From an uncultured Candidatus Bathyarchaeia archaeon (GTDB lineage: Archaea; Thermoproteota; Bathyarchaeia; 40CM-2-53-6; CAVXDP01): DNA of 64,000 nucleotides. The notes below the pieces were generated by a model. That model had not been told where the DNA came from and did not search any database. It worked only from the letters and a program-made list of their open reading frames with translations. The translations under genes were made by a program, and so were the position numbers. The stretch lies in the NCBI GenBank assembly GCA_964562925.1, contig CAZLVF010000004.1, forward strand, positions 1,955 to 65,954, in the 5' to 3' direction. Of the stretch, positions 49,818 through 60,200 are shown piece by piece (position 1 is the first letter of the stretch; each line of letters begins with the position of its first letter).

Positions 49818-50121
49818 AAGGCGTCTCTCGATCTAGGTGCCGAGGACGGGAGACCCGGCACAGACCTTTGTGCTGTCGAACCCGTGGCCTCTGGATCTCT
49901 CCAGAGCGGCTCTATTCCTTATGAGTCCAGCGCTAAAGCCTAGCCCTTGAGGGGCATCTAACCACAGCTGAGCCACCTCGGCATCGACCGCAGTTTTCAC
50001 CTGTTACCGACACTTAAAGATTTGTCGACATAGCTGAACCATTCCATTCATCCAACTTTACGAAGGCATTCTGGTAGCTGAGAAAGGTTTTATCATATAA
50101 CAAGAGAAGAAGAAGCTAGAG

Positions 50122-51360
50122 ATGATTCTAATGGCCCTTAGATTTCTGACGCTTGATGACTTTGACTTGGAAGGAAAAACTGTCTTTCTAAGGGTTGATG
50201 TAAACTCTCCAATAGACCCATCAAGTAACGCGATTCTTGACGATTCAAGAATCAAGGCTACCAAAGAGACGCTGAGCTCTTTGAAGAACTCGAAGGTTGT
50301 GTTGGGATCGCACCAGAGCAGACCGGGCAAAGAGGACTTTACCACACTTGAGGAGCATACAAATCTCCTACGGAGATACTGTTCACAAGACGTAGCTTTT
50401 GTTGAGGACGTTATGGGACCCACGGCCAGAAAGGCCATAAGAGAGTTGAGACGAGGTCAAGTCCTGGTATTAGACAACTTGAGAACCTGTTCTGAAGAGG
50501 TCCTTGACGGCCCATCTGAGAAACTTGCGAAAACCTTGATGATCCAAAGGCTGGCGCCGCTATGCAACCTCTACGTCAACGACGCGTTCGCTGCAGCTCA
50601 TAGATCCCAAGCATCCCTCGTGGGCTTCGCATACGTTCTCCCCTCAGCCGCCGGAAGGCTCATGGAGAAAGAACTCAGGGCGTTGAACCTGGTCCTCTGG
50701 GAGCCAAAACGCCCATGCACCTATGTCCTCGGCGGAGCAAAGGTAGAGGACAAGCTTCCCGTCGTAGAGAACATTGTCAAAGCTGGGAAATCCGATACCG
50801 TCCTGCTCGGAGGCCTCATGGCAAAAATCTTCCTTAGAGCTATGGGATTTGACCTAAGCAGAGGAGACGAGGAGGAACTTGCAGGACTCATACAATACGT
50901 TCAGAGAGCTAAAGTCATCTTGGACAAGTATCAAAACAAGATTACAGTTCCGGTCGACCTTGCAACCCTCAAAGATAATAAGAGGGTTGAAGCCCCAGTG
51001 AAAGAACTCCACCACGATAAGCCTTCGCTTGATATCGGCAGTGATACAGTCAGAGAGTATGCTAACACGATCAAACAGTCCAAGACCGTGGTGGCGAACG
51101 GCCCCATGGGGATCTTCGAGAAAGAGGGGTTCGATTTTGGAACTAAGACAGTTCTTGAAGCGATAGCCTCATGCAAAGGTACAACCGTTATCGGAGGCGG
51201 ACACTTGGCTGGGTTGGCGAGCATGCTAGGAATAGAAGACAGTTTCTCGCATGTAAGCACAGCGGGCGGCGCGATGCTCTCGATGCTTGCCGGCGAAAGC
51301 CTTCCGGGAGTTGAAGCTCTAGTCCAGGCTGCTGAAAGATACAGGCGGCAGAGTGCATAA
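50122..51360 (+). CDS. pgk: Phosphoglycerate kinase
   Basis: N-terminal LTLDDFDLEGKTVFLRVDVNSP; size is typical. Confidence 0.85.
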   Translation: MILMALRFLTLDDFDLEGKTVFLRVDVNSPIDPSSNAILDDSRIKATKETLSSLKNSKVVLGSHQSRPGKEDFTTLEEHTNLLRRYCSQDVAFVEDVMGPTARKAIRELRRGQVLVLDNLRTCSEEVLDGPSEKLAKTLMIQRLAPLCNLYVNDAFAAAHRSQASLVGFAYVLPSAAGRLMEKELRALNLVLWEPKRPCTYVLGGAKVEDKLPVVENIVKAGKSDTVLLGGLMAKIFLRAMGFDLSRGDEEELAGLIQYVQRAKVILDKYQNKITVPVDLATLKDNKRVEAPVKELHHDKPSLDIGSDTVREYANTIKQSKTVVANGPMGIFEKEGFDFGTKTVLEAIASCKGTTVIGGGHLAGLASMLGIEDSFSHVSTAGGAMLSMLAGESLPGVEALVQAAERYRRQSA

Positions 51361-51400
51361 CCAAGCGTCCACTGTAAGAAGTAGAGACTCTATTTTAGAA

Positions 51401-51489
51401 TGGAGCCCCGGCCGGGGATCGAACCCGGGACCTGCGGCTTGCTTTGGTTTTGATACAAGGCCGCCGCTCCACCACTGAGCCACCGGGGC
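51401..51489 (-). tRNA. tRNA-Thr(UGU) candidate with a 14-nt intron at the canonical 37/38 position and an encoded CCA
   Basis: Reverse complement: GCCCCGG-UG-GCUC-AGUGGUG-GAGC-G-GCGGC-CUUGUA[intron UCAAAACCAAAGCA]A-GCCGC-AGGUC-CCGGG-UUCGAUC-CCCGG-CCGGGGC-U-CCA. All stems are Watson–Crick. Confidence 0.8.
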
Positions 51490-51620
51490 GTCTCTTGCTG
51501 GGTCGGGTTCAGTAGGATTGGTAATACGCCTATTAAGTCTGCCCAAAGCAAACGCTACAAGACTTCTCAACGAGCAAAGTTAAGCGATGTATTGACGGGT
51601 CTTTGATCTTACAGGTTTTA

Positions 51621-51784
51621 GTGGGGCTGGGGAGATTTGTTCAATCCGTTGTGGATTTGAACTCCCGATCTCGTGGGGTCTCGAAGGATAGTTTCCCAAG
51701 CCACGTAGCCTAGACCAGATTTGCCTGATGTTCTGGTTGGATTTGGCTGTAATCCAACCTCCATCATCTAGCCGACAGCCCCAC
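51621..51784 (-). ncRNA. Candidate structured ncRNA of ~164 nt, bounded by a perfect 9-nt terminal inverted repeat. Strand and identity are uncertain.
   Basis: 5' GTGGGGCTG pairs with 3' CAGCCCCAC. Internal hairpins include GGAGATTTGTTCAATCC/GGATTTGAACTCC and GGTTGGATT-7nt-AATCCAACC. The region is non-coding, adjacent to the tRNA. A TATA-like motif (TTTAAG on the minus strand) lies ~25 nt beyond 51784. Confidence 0.3.
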
Positions 51785-52040
51785 AAGGCCGCCAGTACCT
51801 CTTAAACGAACCTTTAAGCCTTCTCTGTTTAGCGGCAACAATATTTCACTCGCGACGAATTGGTTCAAGGCGAGGAAATATTGACTTCCTGATTGCTGCG
51901 AGCGACTCATTTCTTGGGTAGAACAAGTGGCTCAGTCTAATGCGAAAGGCTCTAAACTAAACCCATATCATGCAGCCCAAGTTTACCTTCTCACATCTCG
52001 ATACAAGACTTAATGCCTAGTGGAGCGTACTTGAATCCTG

Positions 52041-52481
52041 TTGGTTCGTCACATGGCCATAATCTCAATTTCAATCGAAAAGAAGCTTGATGATCATCGA
52101 GGAGTGGTCTTCGGGATAGAACTCTGTAGAAACAGTAGGTTTGGCTTCGCAATAGTTGACGTTGTCATACAGACGATAAACAGAAACGAGCCAAGAGGGG
52201 TACACTATCATACAAGAAGTTCAGGCAAAATCGAGATATTTGTTCATGTGTGTGGTACTGCTGAATTGGTTTGGCATGAAAAGTCAACGCCCAATGCGCA
52301 ATGTCGACAGACCATGAAGCCTCTGACAGTAGCAGGACAGGTTTACCTAGTGGAGCCAGAAACTTGCCACAAAGTCATAGGCCGAAGCGATGATCCTTTC
52401 TTAATGCTATCTCTCAATAACGTAGCTTACAACAAAGAACATGATTTTCGATGCGAACATGATCTGGCGAAAGACCCCTAA
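52041..52481 (+). CDS. Cupin-domain protein
   Basis: GVHYH...E...H pattern. Confidence 0.35.
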   Translation: MVRHMAIISISIEKKLDDHRGVVFGIELCRNSRFGFAIVDVVIQTINRNEPRGVHYHTRSSGKIEIFVHVCGTAELVWHEKSTPNAQCRQTMKPLTVAGQVYLVEPETCHKVIGRSDDPFLMLSLNNVAYNKEHDFRCEHDLAKDP

Positions 52482-52583
52482 GTTCTTTGCACGTCACAAA
52501 GACTTGACAGAACCGATTTGATCAATGCTTTTAAGTTTCGCTAACTGGCATCCTGACCGAAGCTCTACTAGAGCGCGGATGAA

Positions 52584-53087
52584 ATGAAGTTAGACTCTAG
52601 AGTTATGGCTTTCGTGGCCACTATGAGCGGGCTGGCGAACGTACTTGGACTGTTTGTAGCTCATACCGGGGTAGTTAATATCCACTTTTCACAGATCCCA
52701 GTGATCCTTGCTGGCCTCGGGGTCGGGCCACTTTCCGGAGCCTTCGTTGGATTCTTCGGTTTCGTAATAGCTGCTTTCAGACTTCCGAGAGCGAACCCCT
52801 ACATTATGGGTGGAAACGCAATCCTAGGCTTTTTCTCAGGATTATTCTATTCGAAGATTCGTGGAATGAAGACTAGGCCTATAGTTCCTCAGCTGATAGC
52901 GGTTTTGGCTGCTTATCTTGTGCAGGCTCCGTACATATTTGTCACAGATGTCTACCTGATGGCGATGCCGGTTCCTATAGTACTGGCAATCATGGCTGTG
53001 CTCTTTCTTGAAGACATAATAAGCGCCTTCATCTGTCACGCGATACTCTATAGAATCGACATCCGAAAGGCTCTCGTTCCGCCATAA
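52584..53087 (+). CDS. Small polytopic membrane protein, possibly an ECF-transporter S component
   Basis: 5–6 TM helices; about 167 aa. Confidence 0.3.
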   Translation: MKLDSRVMAFVATMSGLANVLGLFVAHTGVVNIHFSQIPVILAGLGVGPLSGAFVGFFGFVIAAFRLPRANPYIMGGNAILGFFSGLFYSKIRGMKTRPIVPQLIAVLAAYLVQAPYIFVTDVYLMAMPVPIVLAIMAVLFLEDIISAFICHAILYRIDIRKALVPP

Positions 53088-53115
53088 GAACGCGATCCGC
53101 GATGTTTCGCGTATG

Positions 53116-53592
53116 TCAACCTGAGACTTTACATATCTTCAGCTTCTCGAAAGCCTCTTCAGGAGTTTGTGCATCGCGAACTAGGCTCTCGAATTGGCAT
53201 GTTGAGGTTCGATCTCTATTCAATATCTTTGGCACCGTCACTCCAAATTCAAACGGAATCTTGAACTTTTCCAGCGTCGCCAGAGCGTCTTGGCTAGCTG
53301 TGGAAGCGTAGACACGCTTGATACCCGAGTAGATGAGCAACATAGCTACTGCCTTTCCTAGAATTTTGTCCGCTGCGGAGGCTCCTTTGAAGCGGGATCG
53401 CTCTTTGTCGATAGCGGTCACGAGCACGAATATCCCCGGAGTCTTACTCTGGAATAATGTCTCTCGATCTTTCACTATTGAAAGTGCGAAACCCCGTTCC
53501 TTGACGTCTCTCTTAGCGATATCAATGTCAGAGACCTTTCGAAAATTCAATTCATCAGAGGCTGCCTGCCTAGTTTTCCTGCTAGACTCCAA
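53116..53592 (-). CDS. Hypothetical protein
   Basis: ORF only; no motif recognised. Confidence 0.3.
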   Translation of the reverse strand: MESSRKTRQAASDELNFRKVSDIDIAKRDVKERGFALSIVKDRETLFQSKTPGIFVLVTAIDKERSRFKGASAADKILGKAVAMLLIYSGIKRVYASTASQDALATLEKFKIPFEFGVTVPKILNRDRTSTCQFESLVRDAQTPEEAFEKLKICKVSG

Positions 53593-53696
53593 AAAGAAGT
53601 TCTCCTTCTCTCCAGTAACCGTGCTCCACCAGACTACGGGACTCTTGGCCTGCGAGAGCTATGAAAGTGTTACGAAACTCTTGCCAAGACATGCGT

Positions 53697-54818
53697 CTAT
53701 AGGACCCGTTTGAACACCATTGTAGCTATGCCAACCATGACTACCGTGAAGACCGCTAAGAAGAGAAAGTCTTCTACAACTGCTGAGAAACTTGCTCCCT
53801 TGTACATGAGTAGACGAAGGGCGTGTACAGCGTAGGCTTCTGGATTGACAACCGTGATCTCCTGCATCCACTCCGGAAACCCTTCGATAGGATAGATCGC
53901 GCCGCTTGTGAAGTAGAGCACCAGATTGATTGGAAACGAAGTGAACTGGTACACCTCTGGCGCCGGAGCCCTTACAGCGAAGGCGGTCATCATGGAGATC
54001 AATCCGAGACTCGTTAGAAAGATTGTGATTAGCATAAGAAGAAAACCTGTAGCGTCGGTCATCGGACGAACTCCAGCCACCAGGATGGCGAGAAACAGCA
54101 TAGTAAGCGATGAGAACATTGCCTTGATGACACCTGCTAGGAGAACTCCTATGATTATCTCATATTGTCGGAGCGGAGTTACAAGGTATCCTTCGATTAC
54201 GCCTCGTTGCTTGTCGAATAGGATGGATACGCCTCCACCGATAATAGAGGCTATGAAGACGGCTTGAATAACAGACCCGGGCGCCATGAACTCGATGTAT
54301 TCGACCTTACGATAGAAGCTGGCTACGTCAAGAATGAGGTTTGGATCACGGACTCCTGTTAGGCAGACTCGGTTCGAGAGCTGTTGAGCTGTAATCTGGA
54401 AGAAGCTTGAGACCGTTGAAGCACTTAGGGGATCAGTGTTGTCTAAGTAGAGAGTGACAAAAGCTTGGTTCTCCTTGCGCAAATGGCTGTCGAACCCGCC
54501 GGGGATGTAGATTATGGCTTTCACTCTCCCCTGTTGCAGAAGGAGTTGTGCAAAATCCAAGTCTGGAACGTCTATCAGACGAACGGTCTCTCCCGTCGCC
54601 ACGGTCTCTAGAAAAGCCGTAGAGTAGCTGCCTTGGCTGTCTCTTACGACCGCTACTGGCACATCAGTTATTTCTCCACCAAAAGCGTTCCCTAACAAGA
54701 CTAGCATCAAGAAAGGCGCCAGGAGAGCCGACATCATAACGAATGGTTGCTTCACAAACTTGCGGATGTCTCTCTCACAAACCCATAATGCGCCTTTCAT
54801 CGCCGCAACGCCTCCCAA
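53697..54818 (-). CDS. ABC-2 family permease with a large N-terminal extracytoplasmic domain
   Basis: One N-terminal TM, a ~150-aa loop, then 5 TM helices. Confidence 0.7.
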   Translation of the reverse strand: MGGVAAMKGALWVCERDIRKFVKQPFVMMSALLAPFLMLVLLGNAFGGEITDVPVAVVRDSQGSYSTAFLETVATGETVRLIDVPDLDFAQLLLQQGRVKAIIYIPGGFDSHLRKENQAFVTLYLDNTDPLSASTVSSFFQITAQQLSNRVCLTGVRDPNLILDVASFYRKVEYIEFMAPGSVIQAVFIASIIGGGVSILFDKQRGVIEGYLVTPLRQYEIIIGVLLAGVIKAMFSSLTMLFLAILVAGVRPMTDATGFLLMLITIFLTSLGLISMMTAFAVRAPAPEVYQFTSFPINLVLYFTSGAIYPIEGFPEWMQEITVVNPEAYAVHALRLLMYKGASFSAVVEDFLFLAVFTVVMVGIATMVFKRVL

Positions 54819-55828
54819 GCGCTTATGAACCTCTTGCGATGAATCATCGTGTCTTCACGTATGCTCCTTCCAGTAAAGTGCAGGAATACGTCGTCCAGAG
54901 TTGGTTCACGGAATGTGACCGTACGAATCCTGCCGCCATTTGCATCTACGAGTTCAACGATCTTGGGTACCGCTTCAGCGCCGCTCTTTACAAGAATCGT
55001 GAGATTGTTGTCTCGTTTCTTAAGATGGAGAATAAGAGTAGAATTCTTCAAAGCTTCGAACGCCCTTTCGGGCAGGCTTGAGAATTCCGCTTCAACGACA
55101 TCTCCTCCCATCACTTCTCTTTTCAAGTCCATAGAAGTGCCTAACGCGACCAGCCTACCATAGTCTATGATGGCAACCCTGTCGCATAGAACTTCTGCTT
55201 CGTCCAAGTAATGTGTAGTGATTACTATTGTGATCTTGTCTTCTTTGTGGATTTTCTTTAAGTACTCCCAAATCGCGTTGCGGGCCTGAGGATCGAGCCC
55301 AGTGGTCGGCTCGTCTAGAAATAGAATCTTAGGTCGATGAATGAGTGATCTGACAAGTTGGAGCCGCCTCTTCATTCCTCCTGAATAACTTCCGACCGCG
55401 AAATCAGCTCTATCCACCAACCCGGCAACTTCGAGCAGTTCTCTGATCCTTTCGTTTCTGACCTCAGCCTGAACTCCATAATACTTTGCATAGAGTTCCA
55501 TGTTCTCGTAAGCGGTTAACTCCACATCCAAGGTCATGGCCTGTGTAACTACGCCTATGCTTTTACGTACCATGGTTGGGTTTCGAAGCACGTCGTAACC
55601 TGCGACTTTGGCATCGCCCTCTGTAGGTTCAAGGACCGTTGTGAGCATACGGATCAAGGTCGTTTTGCCTGAACCGTTCGGGCCAAGTAACCCGAAGATC
55701 TCGTCAGAAGTGACCTCTAGATTCATTCGGTTGACAGCGACCAGATCACCGAAACGTCTGGTAAGGTCAAAGGTTTCTACAGCCAAATCCAAGAAGAGCC
55801 AGCCACCCCAGTTTGCCAATTGCTGCAA
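54797..55828 (-). CDS. ABC transporter ATP-binding protein (ABC-2 type), paralog of 8116..9099
   Basis: Walker A GPNGSGKTT, signature SGGMKRR, Walker B LFLDEPT. Confidence 0.85.
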   Translation of the reverse strand: MQQLANWGGWLFLDLAVETFDLTRRFGDLVAVNRMNLEVTSDEIFGLLGPNGSGKTTLIRMLTTVLEPTEGDAKVAGYDVLRNPTMVRKSIGVVTQAMTLDVELTAYENMELYAKYYGVQAEVRNERIRELLEVAGLVDRADFAVGSYSGGMKRRLQLVRSLIHRPKILFLDEPTTGLDPQARNAIWEYLKKIHKEDKITIVITTHYLDEAEVLCDRVAIIDYGRLVALGTSMDLKREVMGGDVVEAEFSSLPERAFEALKNSTLILHLKKRDNNLTILVKSGAEAVPKIVELVDANGGRIRTVTFREPTLDDVFLHFTGRSIREDTMIHRKRFISAWEALRR

Positions 55829-55911
55829 GATAAGTAAGATGTAGTCGAAAGAAATCCTTTATATCCCGTGCACCCCATCCGTGGACGTTCCAACTTGACA
55901 GGTAGTCGAAG

Positions 55912-57174
55912 ATGAAGATACGAAGCCGAGTTCTCATCCTCCTAGTGTGTTCATTCATGCTTCTTGGTTCACTATGTTCATCGTTTCCTCCTGTAGATGC
56001 CATAGGCGTGGCAAATGTGATCGTGACCAAGGTCTATTGGGGAACTAACGAACTAGTTCCTGAAAATGTTCGCCCAGGAGATACGAACGCTCAGCTCTCG
56101 GTTGTCTTATCCAATGTCGGTGATGATACAGCGCGCAGCGTAACGGCCACATTGTTGCTGAAACCACCACTAAAGTATGTGTACTTCCAAGACGGAAAAG
56201 AGTATACTGACACATCTGTCACAAAGGCTGCAGGAGATATCAAAGCTGTTTCACAGGGCGGTTTGCCCTTCACAGTGGTCTTCACCCTTAGCGTTGACGC
56301 GGACGCGGAAGAAGGCGTCTACCACTATGATCTTCAACTATCCTACAAATCCGCTAGAGAGCTTCGCGAAGTCAACCTGACCCACCCCATAGACGTTCCT
56401 ATTTGGTGGGGAGATCTTCTCGTTCAGGAAATCACTACTCAACCAGCCAAGATATTCCCTGGAAACAAGCAAGTGAAAGTGATAGTCAGTATTGCCAATT
56501 CAGGAACAGGCATAGCAAGCAACGTTAGGCTCTGGCTAGAATTGGAGCCGCCTTTCAAAGCTTCATCAAGCGGTTCTGACGCAATCTTTCTGGGGAAACT
56601 TTCATCAGGAGAGACTTACCCAGCCGAGTTCATAATAGATGTTCTGGAGAGCGCAGCCTTCGGCAGATATTCGGTGAGCCTGACCGAGGAAAGAGGCAAG
56701 AAACACGTTCCGATCGGGGAAGTGCCACTCTACGTGAATGAAAAGGTGAAATTTGAAATAGTCAACATCGAACCAAGCGAGGCCAAAGTCGGCGAGACAG
56801 GGCTCTTAATCCAAGTAGCTTTGAAGAACAAGGGCTCGATAAAAGCGGATTCTGTTAGAGTACAGCTTCAGGTCGGTAACTTCTTTTCAGGCACTCTAAC
56901 CGACTTCCTTGGAACCATGCTTGCAGGCGATGTGAAAGTTGCTTACTTTACAGTTGATATTGATGCCAAAGCGCAGCCGAAGGAGTACGTCTTTGACCTC
57001 AGGATTGATTGGACTCAGGAAGACAACTCTCTAGACGACACTTTGACGATCTCCATAGATGTTCAGCCTCCGGCCGTTCCAGTGGCGCCTATAGCGCTAG
57101 TCATAATTGCGGCGATCGCTGTCCCAGGCTACCTGTTCTACAAAAGGCGCAAGATGAGAAAGACTCCGAAATGA
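55912..57174 (+). CDS. Secreted CARDB-repeat surface protein with a C-terminal TM anchor
   Basis: Signal peptide, at least three CARDB-like beta-sandwich repeats, and a C-terminal TM + basic tail (IALVIIAAIAVPGYLFYKRRKMRK). Confidence 0.55.
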   Translation: MKIRSRVLILLVCSFMLLGSLCSSFPPVDAIGVANVIVTKVYWGTNELVPENVRPGDTNAQLSVVLSNVGDDTARSVTATLLLKPPLKYVYFQDGKEYTDTSVTKAAGDIKAVSQGGLPFTVVFTLSVDADAEEGVYHYDLQLSYKSARELREVNLTHPIDVPIWWGDLLVQEITTQPAKIFPGNKQVKVIVSIANSGTGIASNVRLWLELEPPFKASSSGSDAIFLGKLSSGETYPAEFIIDVLESAAFGRYSVSLTEERGKKHVPIGEVPLYVNEKVKFEIVNIEPSEAKVGETGLLIQVALKNKGSIKADSVRVQLQVGNFFSGTLTDFLGTMLAGDVKVAYFTVDIDAKAQPKEYVFDLRIDWTQEDNSLDDTLTISIDVQPPAVPVAPIALVIIAAIAVPGYLFYKRRKMRKTPK

Positions 57175-57210
57175 GCCCTTGCACCACAGTTGAACATGGT
57201 GCGTGGATAG

Positions 57211-60200
57211 TTGGCTCAACGATGGGCTATCGCAATCCTTTTTCTAGTGCTGGCGTCAGGCGGAACCGTTGCAGTCCAAGCGCACACAACGATTGGAAAC
57301 TTGACGGGTTCACAGCCACTATTCAGAACTAACGACCATCAGTCAAACCCGACGAACACGTTCGGCCAGGCACACGTCCTAGGACCGGTAGGCTACGTTT
57401 GGCCTGGCAGCGGATTGAACATGTACACCGACGTTCATACGCATCCGCCAGGTTACCAATCGCCTTTCATAACCTTTGAGCAGCCGCTGCAGGCTGGTGC
57501 GAATTCCTACGCTCCGGAAGGGGCGATCTTGACATCAACATCTGATCATGAGAGCATCGGGGACTTGATCTTTGCTATCAACTTCTCTCAACCGAGACGG
57601 TTCATCACGGAGAGTAACCCCAACCCAGACTTCAACTATAGTACAATCGCCATATACATCCCAGCGCCTGTATTCGACAAGACCGGTGCTCTAATACAGG
57701 ATGGGTTTGAGCCAGCCGGTGGCATAGACTGGGGTGCTGGAGAGAATACAAATATCGTAACGACGATCACAGACAATTACGGAAATATCTTTGCCACAAG
57801 AGCGGATGAAGATGATCCGTTTCAGCCTGGTTCATGGATCGTCTTTATAGCTCCAACGACTGGGATAAATTTTGTCGCTGCTAGAAACTGGTCTGAGTGG
57901 TATTACGTTCGAATCAACCAAATGAAGGCACCTTTCGTCGCGGGCAGATACTTCTTTAAAATGTTCCTTGACGACCACTACCCCGTTCGGAGCTCTACAC
58001 CCTCAGACTATGTCAACAGTACGATGCCCATGGAGAATTGGCCGATTCTACTCGTGAAAGGCGAGGTTGATCCTGGAATGATCTCGGGGACCGTAAGACA
58101 TGGCGACGTAGCAACTCGCGCGCTTTACGGCCAATCAATCAACCTTCCAGGCAAGGTCAGAGCCGTCGGATTTGCCACAGATCCTTTGACTGGAGAGTTA
58201 ACTGGACGTGCAGTTGAAGCGCGCGGTTACTTTAATGGATCTGCACAGGGCCATTATGAGATAGAAGGCGTCGCTCCAGGCGTTTATGATATTTTCGCTT
58301 CTGCAGCAGGTTTCCCTGAACAGAAGGTCGCTGAGAACGTAAGGATATTTCGCGGACAGTCTCTGGTGTTTGACGCCTACTTGAAGGCTGGTCTGGAGCT
58401 TCGTGGGGAAGTCTTCTCCAAAGACAAATTTGGCCTTACCAACTGGTCGGGCACGCGTCCCGTCAGCGTCGTCATTTATGACAGCGACACCTATGGCTCT
58501 GATAGCATCGTCACCTATTCCCCTATCAACTTGACACAGGCCCCATACGCCAGTTACGTCCACGGCAATGTCAGATACGCTTCTACTACCGGATATACCC
58601 GGTTGACAGGTGAACCGGGAGTTGTTGCCGGTAACGACGCACCGAAGAAGGTATCCTTTCCATGGGAGGGACCGTTGGCTTTGCCGGCCATCTCATGGGC
58701 GGAAGCAACAGCATCGAACGATCCTGATGGCACAGTGAAGGATGATTTCGGTCTATTCAACGGCGTTGGCCCGGCTCAATACTGGTGGGTTGATCAGAAC
58801 GGCTACTACACAAATAGTGAATCTAACAGTTTCCGTTTCCAGTTTGGGATTAGAGGTTTCTACGGAGTTCCCACTGAGATGTCAGGAATGGTTCCTCAGG
58901 TTTTTGCCACCTGGACAGACAGTCTAACGCCAGGGAGATACTACATACGGGTCTTCGTAAACGGTTACGTTCAAACTGCAAATGATGGAGCCCGATTCAT
59001 GGACTACGACTTCATCGTGCCAAATGAGGAATTGTCGCGAGACATTTCAGTCCCTATCGATCTCTGGAGATCCTCAACGATCAATGTGACAGTTCATTTT
59101 CACGATTTGCCTAGCACGATCGAAGACGTGCCTATGAGGGGCCCTGATCCACGCAGGTTTCTGTTAGCTGAGGCTTTCGCCAGTGATGGTACCCTTGCGG
59201 CTTTCAATTTCACCCAGATCCCAGTGAAGGACAGATATGAAAACCTCGTCAGCGAATGGAACATAACTCTGAACGGTCTTGGCATGGCAGGCCCGATGAC
59301 TGTGGACGCCGCGCTGCCAGATAGCATGTCGCGAATGAACGTCAAGTATTCTCTTGCAAGATATCGCGGACTCTATGATTACGGTCTCCCAACAGATACC
59401 TATACAATCAGGGTTTTCATGCGTGGATATATCCAAGCCATACCTCCGGCAACCAGCTTTGAAGAATTGGACCAACCTTTGACAGTGACAGTCTCGATTG
59501 GTACTGGAGTGGCGGATGTGAGCACTCACATGTACCGTGGCGGCGGAATCAATGTTACAGTTTTCTCCACCGATTGGCAAAGACCACATGTTGATAAAGA
59601 GTGGATTTGGAATGACGCCTCAGTGAGCGCTCTGGTCTACGACGTTGCCTCGGCCAACTTTATTGATGCAATCTACTTCTGGAACGCTAAGATTGAACAG
59701 TGGAGTCTACCCAAGCAGGATTCAGATTTCAATTCTATACCTTGGCCAACTTGGAAGACAGATTTTGGGTCTGGAGCAAGCTACCTTCTTACTAACGGGT
59801 CAACTCTGGTTGATAGATTCGGGCCTGACGTTCCGAACCCTCTCTCGGACGATCAAACTCAAGACATGGCTTCGGCACTATTTTATCAGGAGAATTTTCA
59901 CATAGGATTCCTGTATGGGTCATTCTCCTATAGAGATTCATCCTACCGTTCGACGTTAGCCGTTTACCCCGGCGTCTACGCTGTGAACGTAGGAACGTAT
60001 GGGTACGTTCAGGAGAACCTTGCACGCTTCGGCACCGACTTGGGTAATGTTCAGGTTCCCGTTGGATGGATAGGATCCATAGCCGACACAAGCGTCAAGC
60101 TAATGATTGGAGTAAACTTCTCGATCACAATGCTCTTCAAGACTGAGGGAATCTTCTCAAAGACCCCGTACAATACTTCGATAAGAATCAGCGTATTCGA

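Noticed and set aside
51621-51784. Interpreting the inverted-repeat element as a standard tRNA with an intron
   Set aside because: I could not build D and anticodon arms on either strand. The best T-arm (GGGAG-TTCAAAT-[20 nt]-CTCCC) leaves 2 unpaired nt before the acceptor strand. It is kept only as an unclassified ncRNA candidate.
57100-57174. Possible PGF-CTERM archaeosortase signal in the CARDB protein (…AVPGYLFYKRRK)
   Set aside because: The hydrophobic helix precedes the PGY, rather than the PGF preceding the helix. This fits a plain C-terminal TM anchor better.
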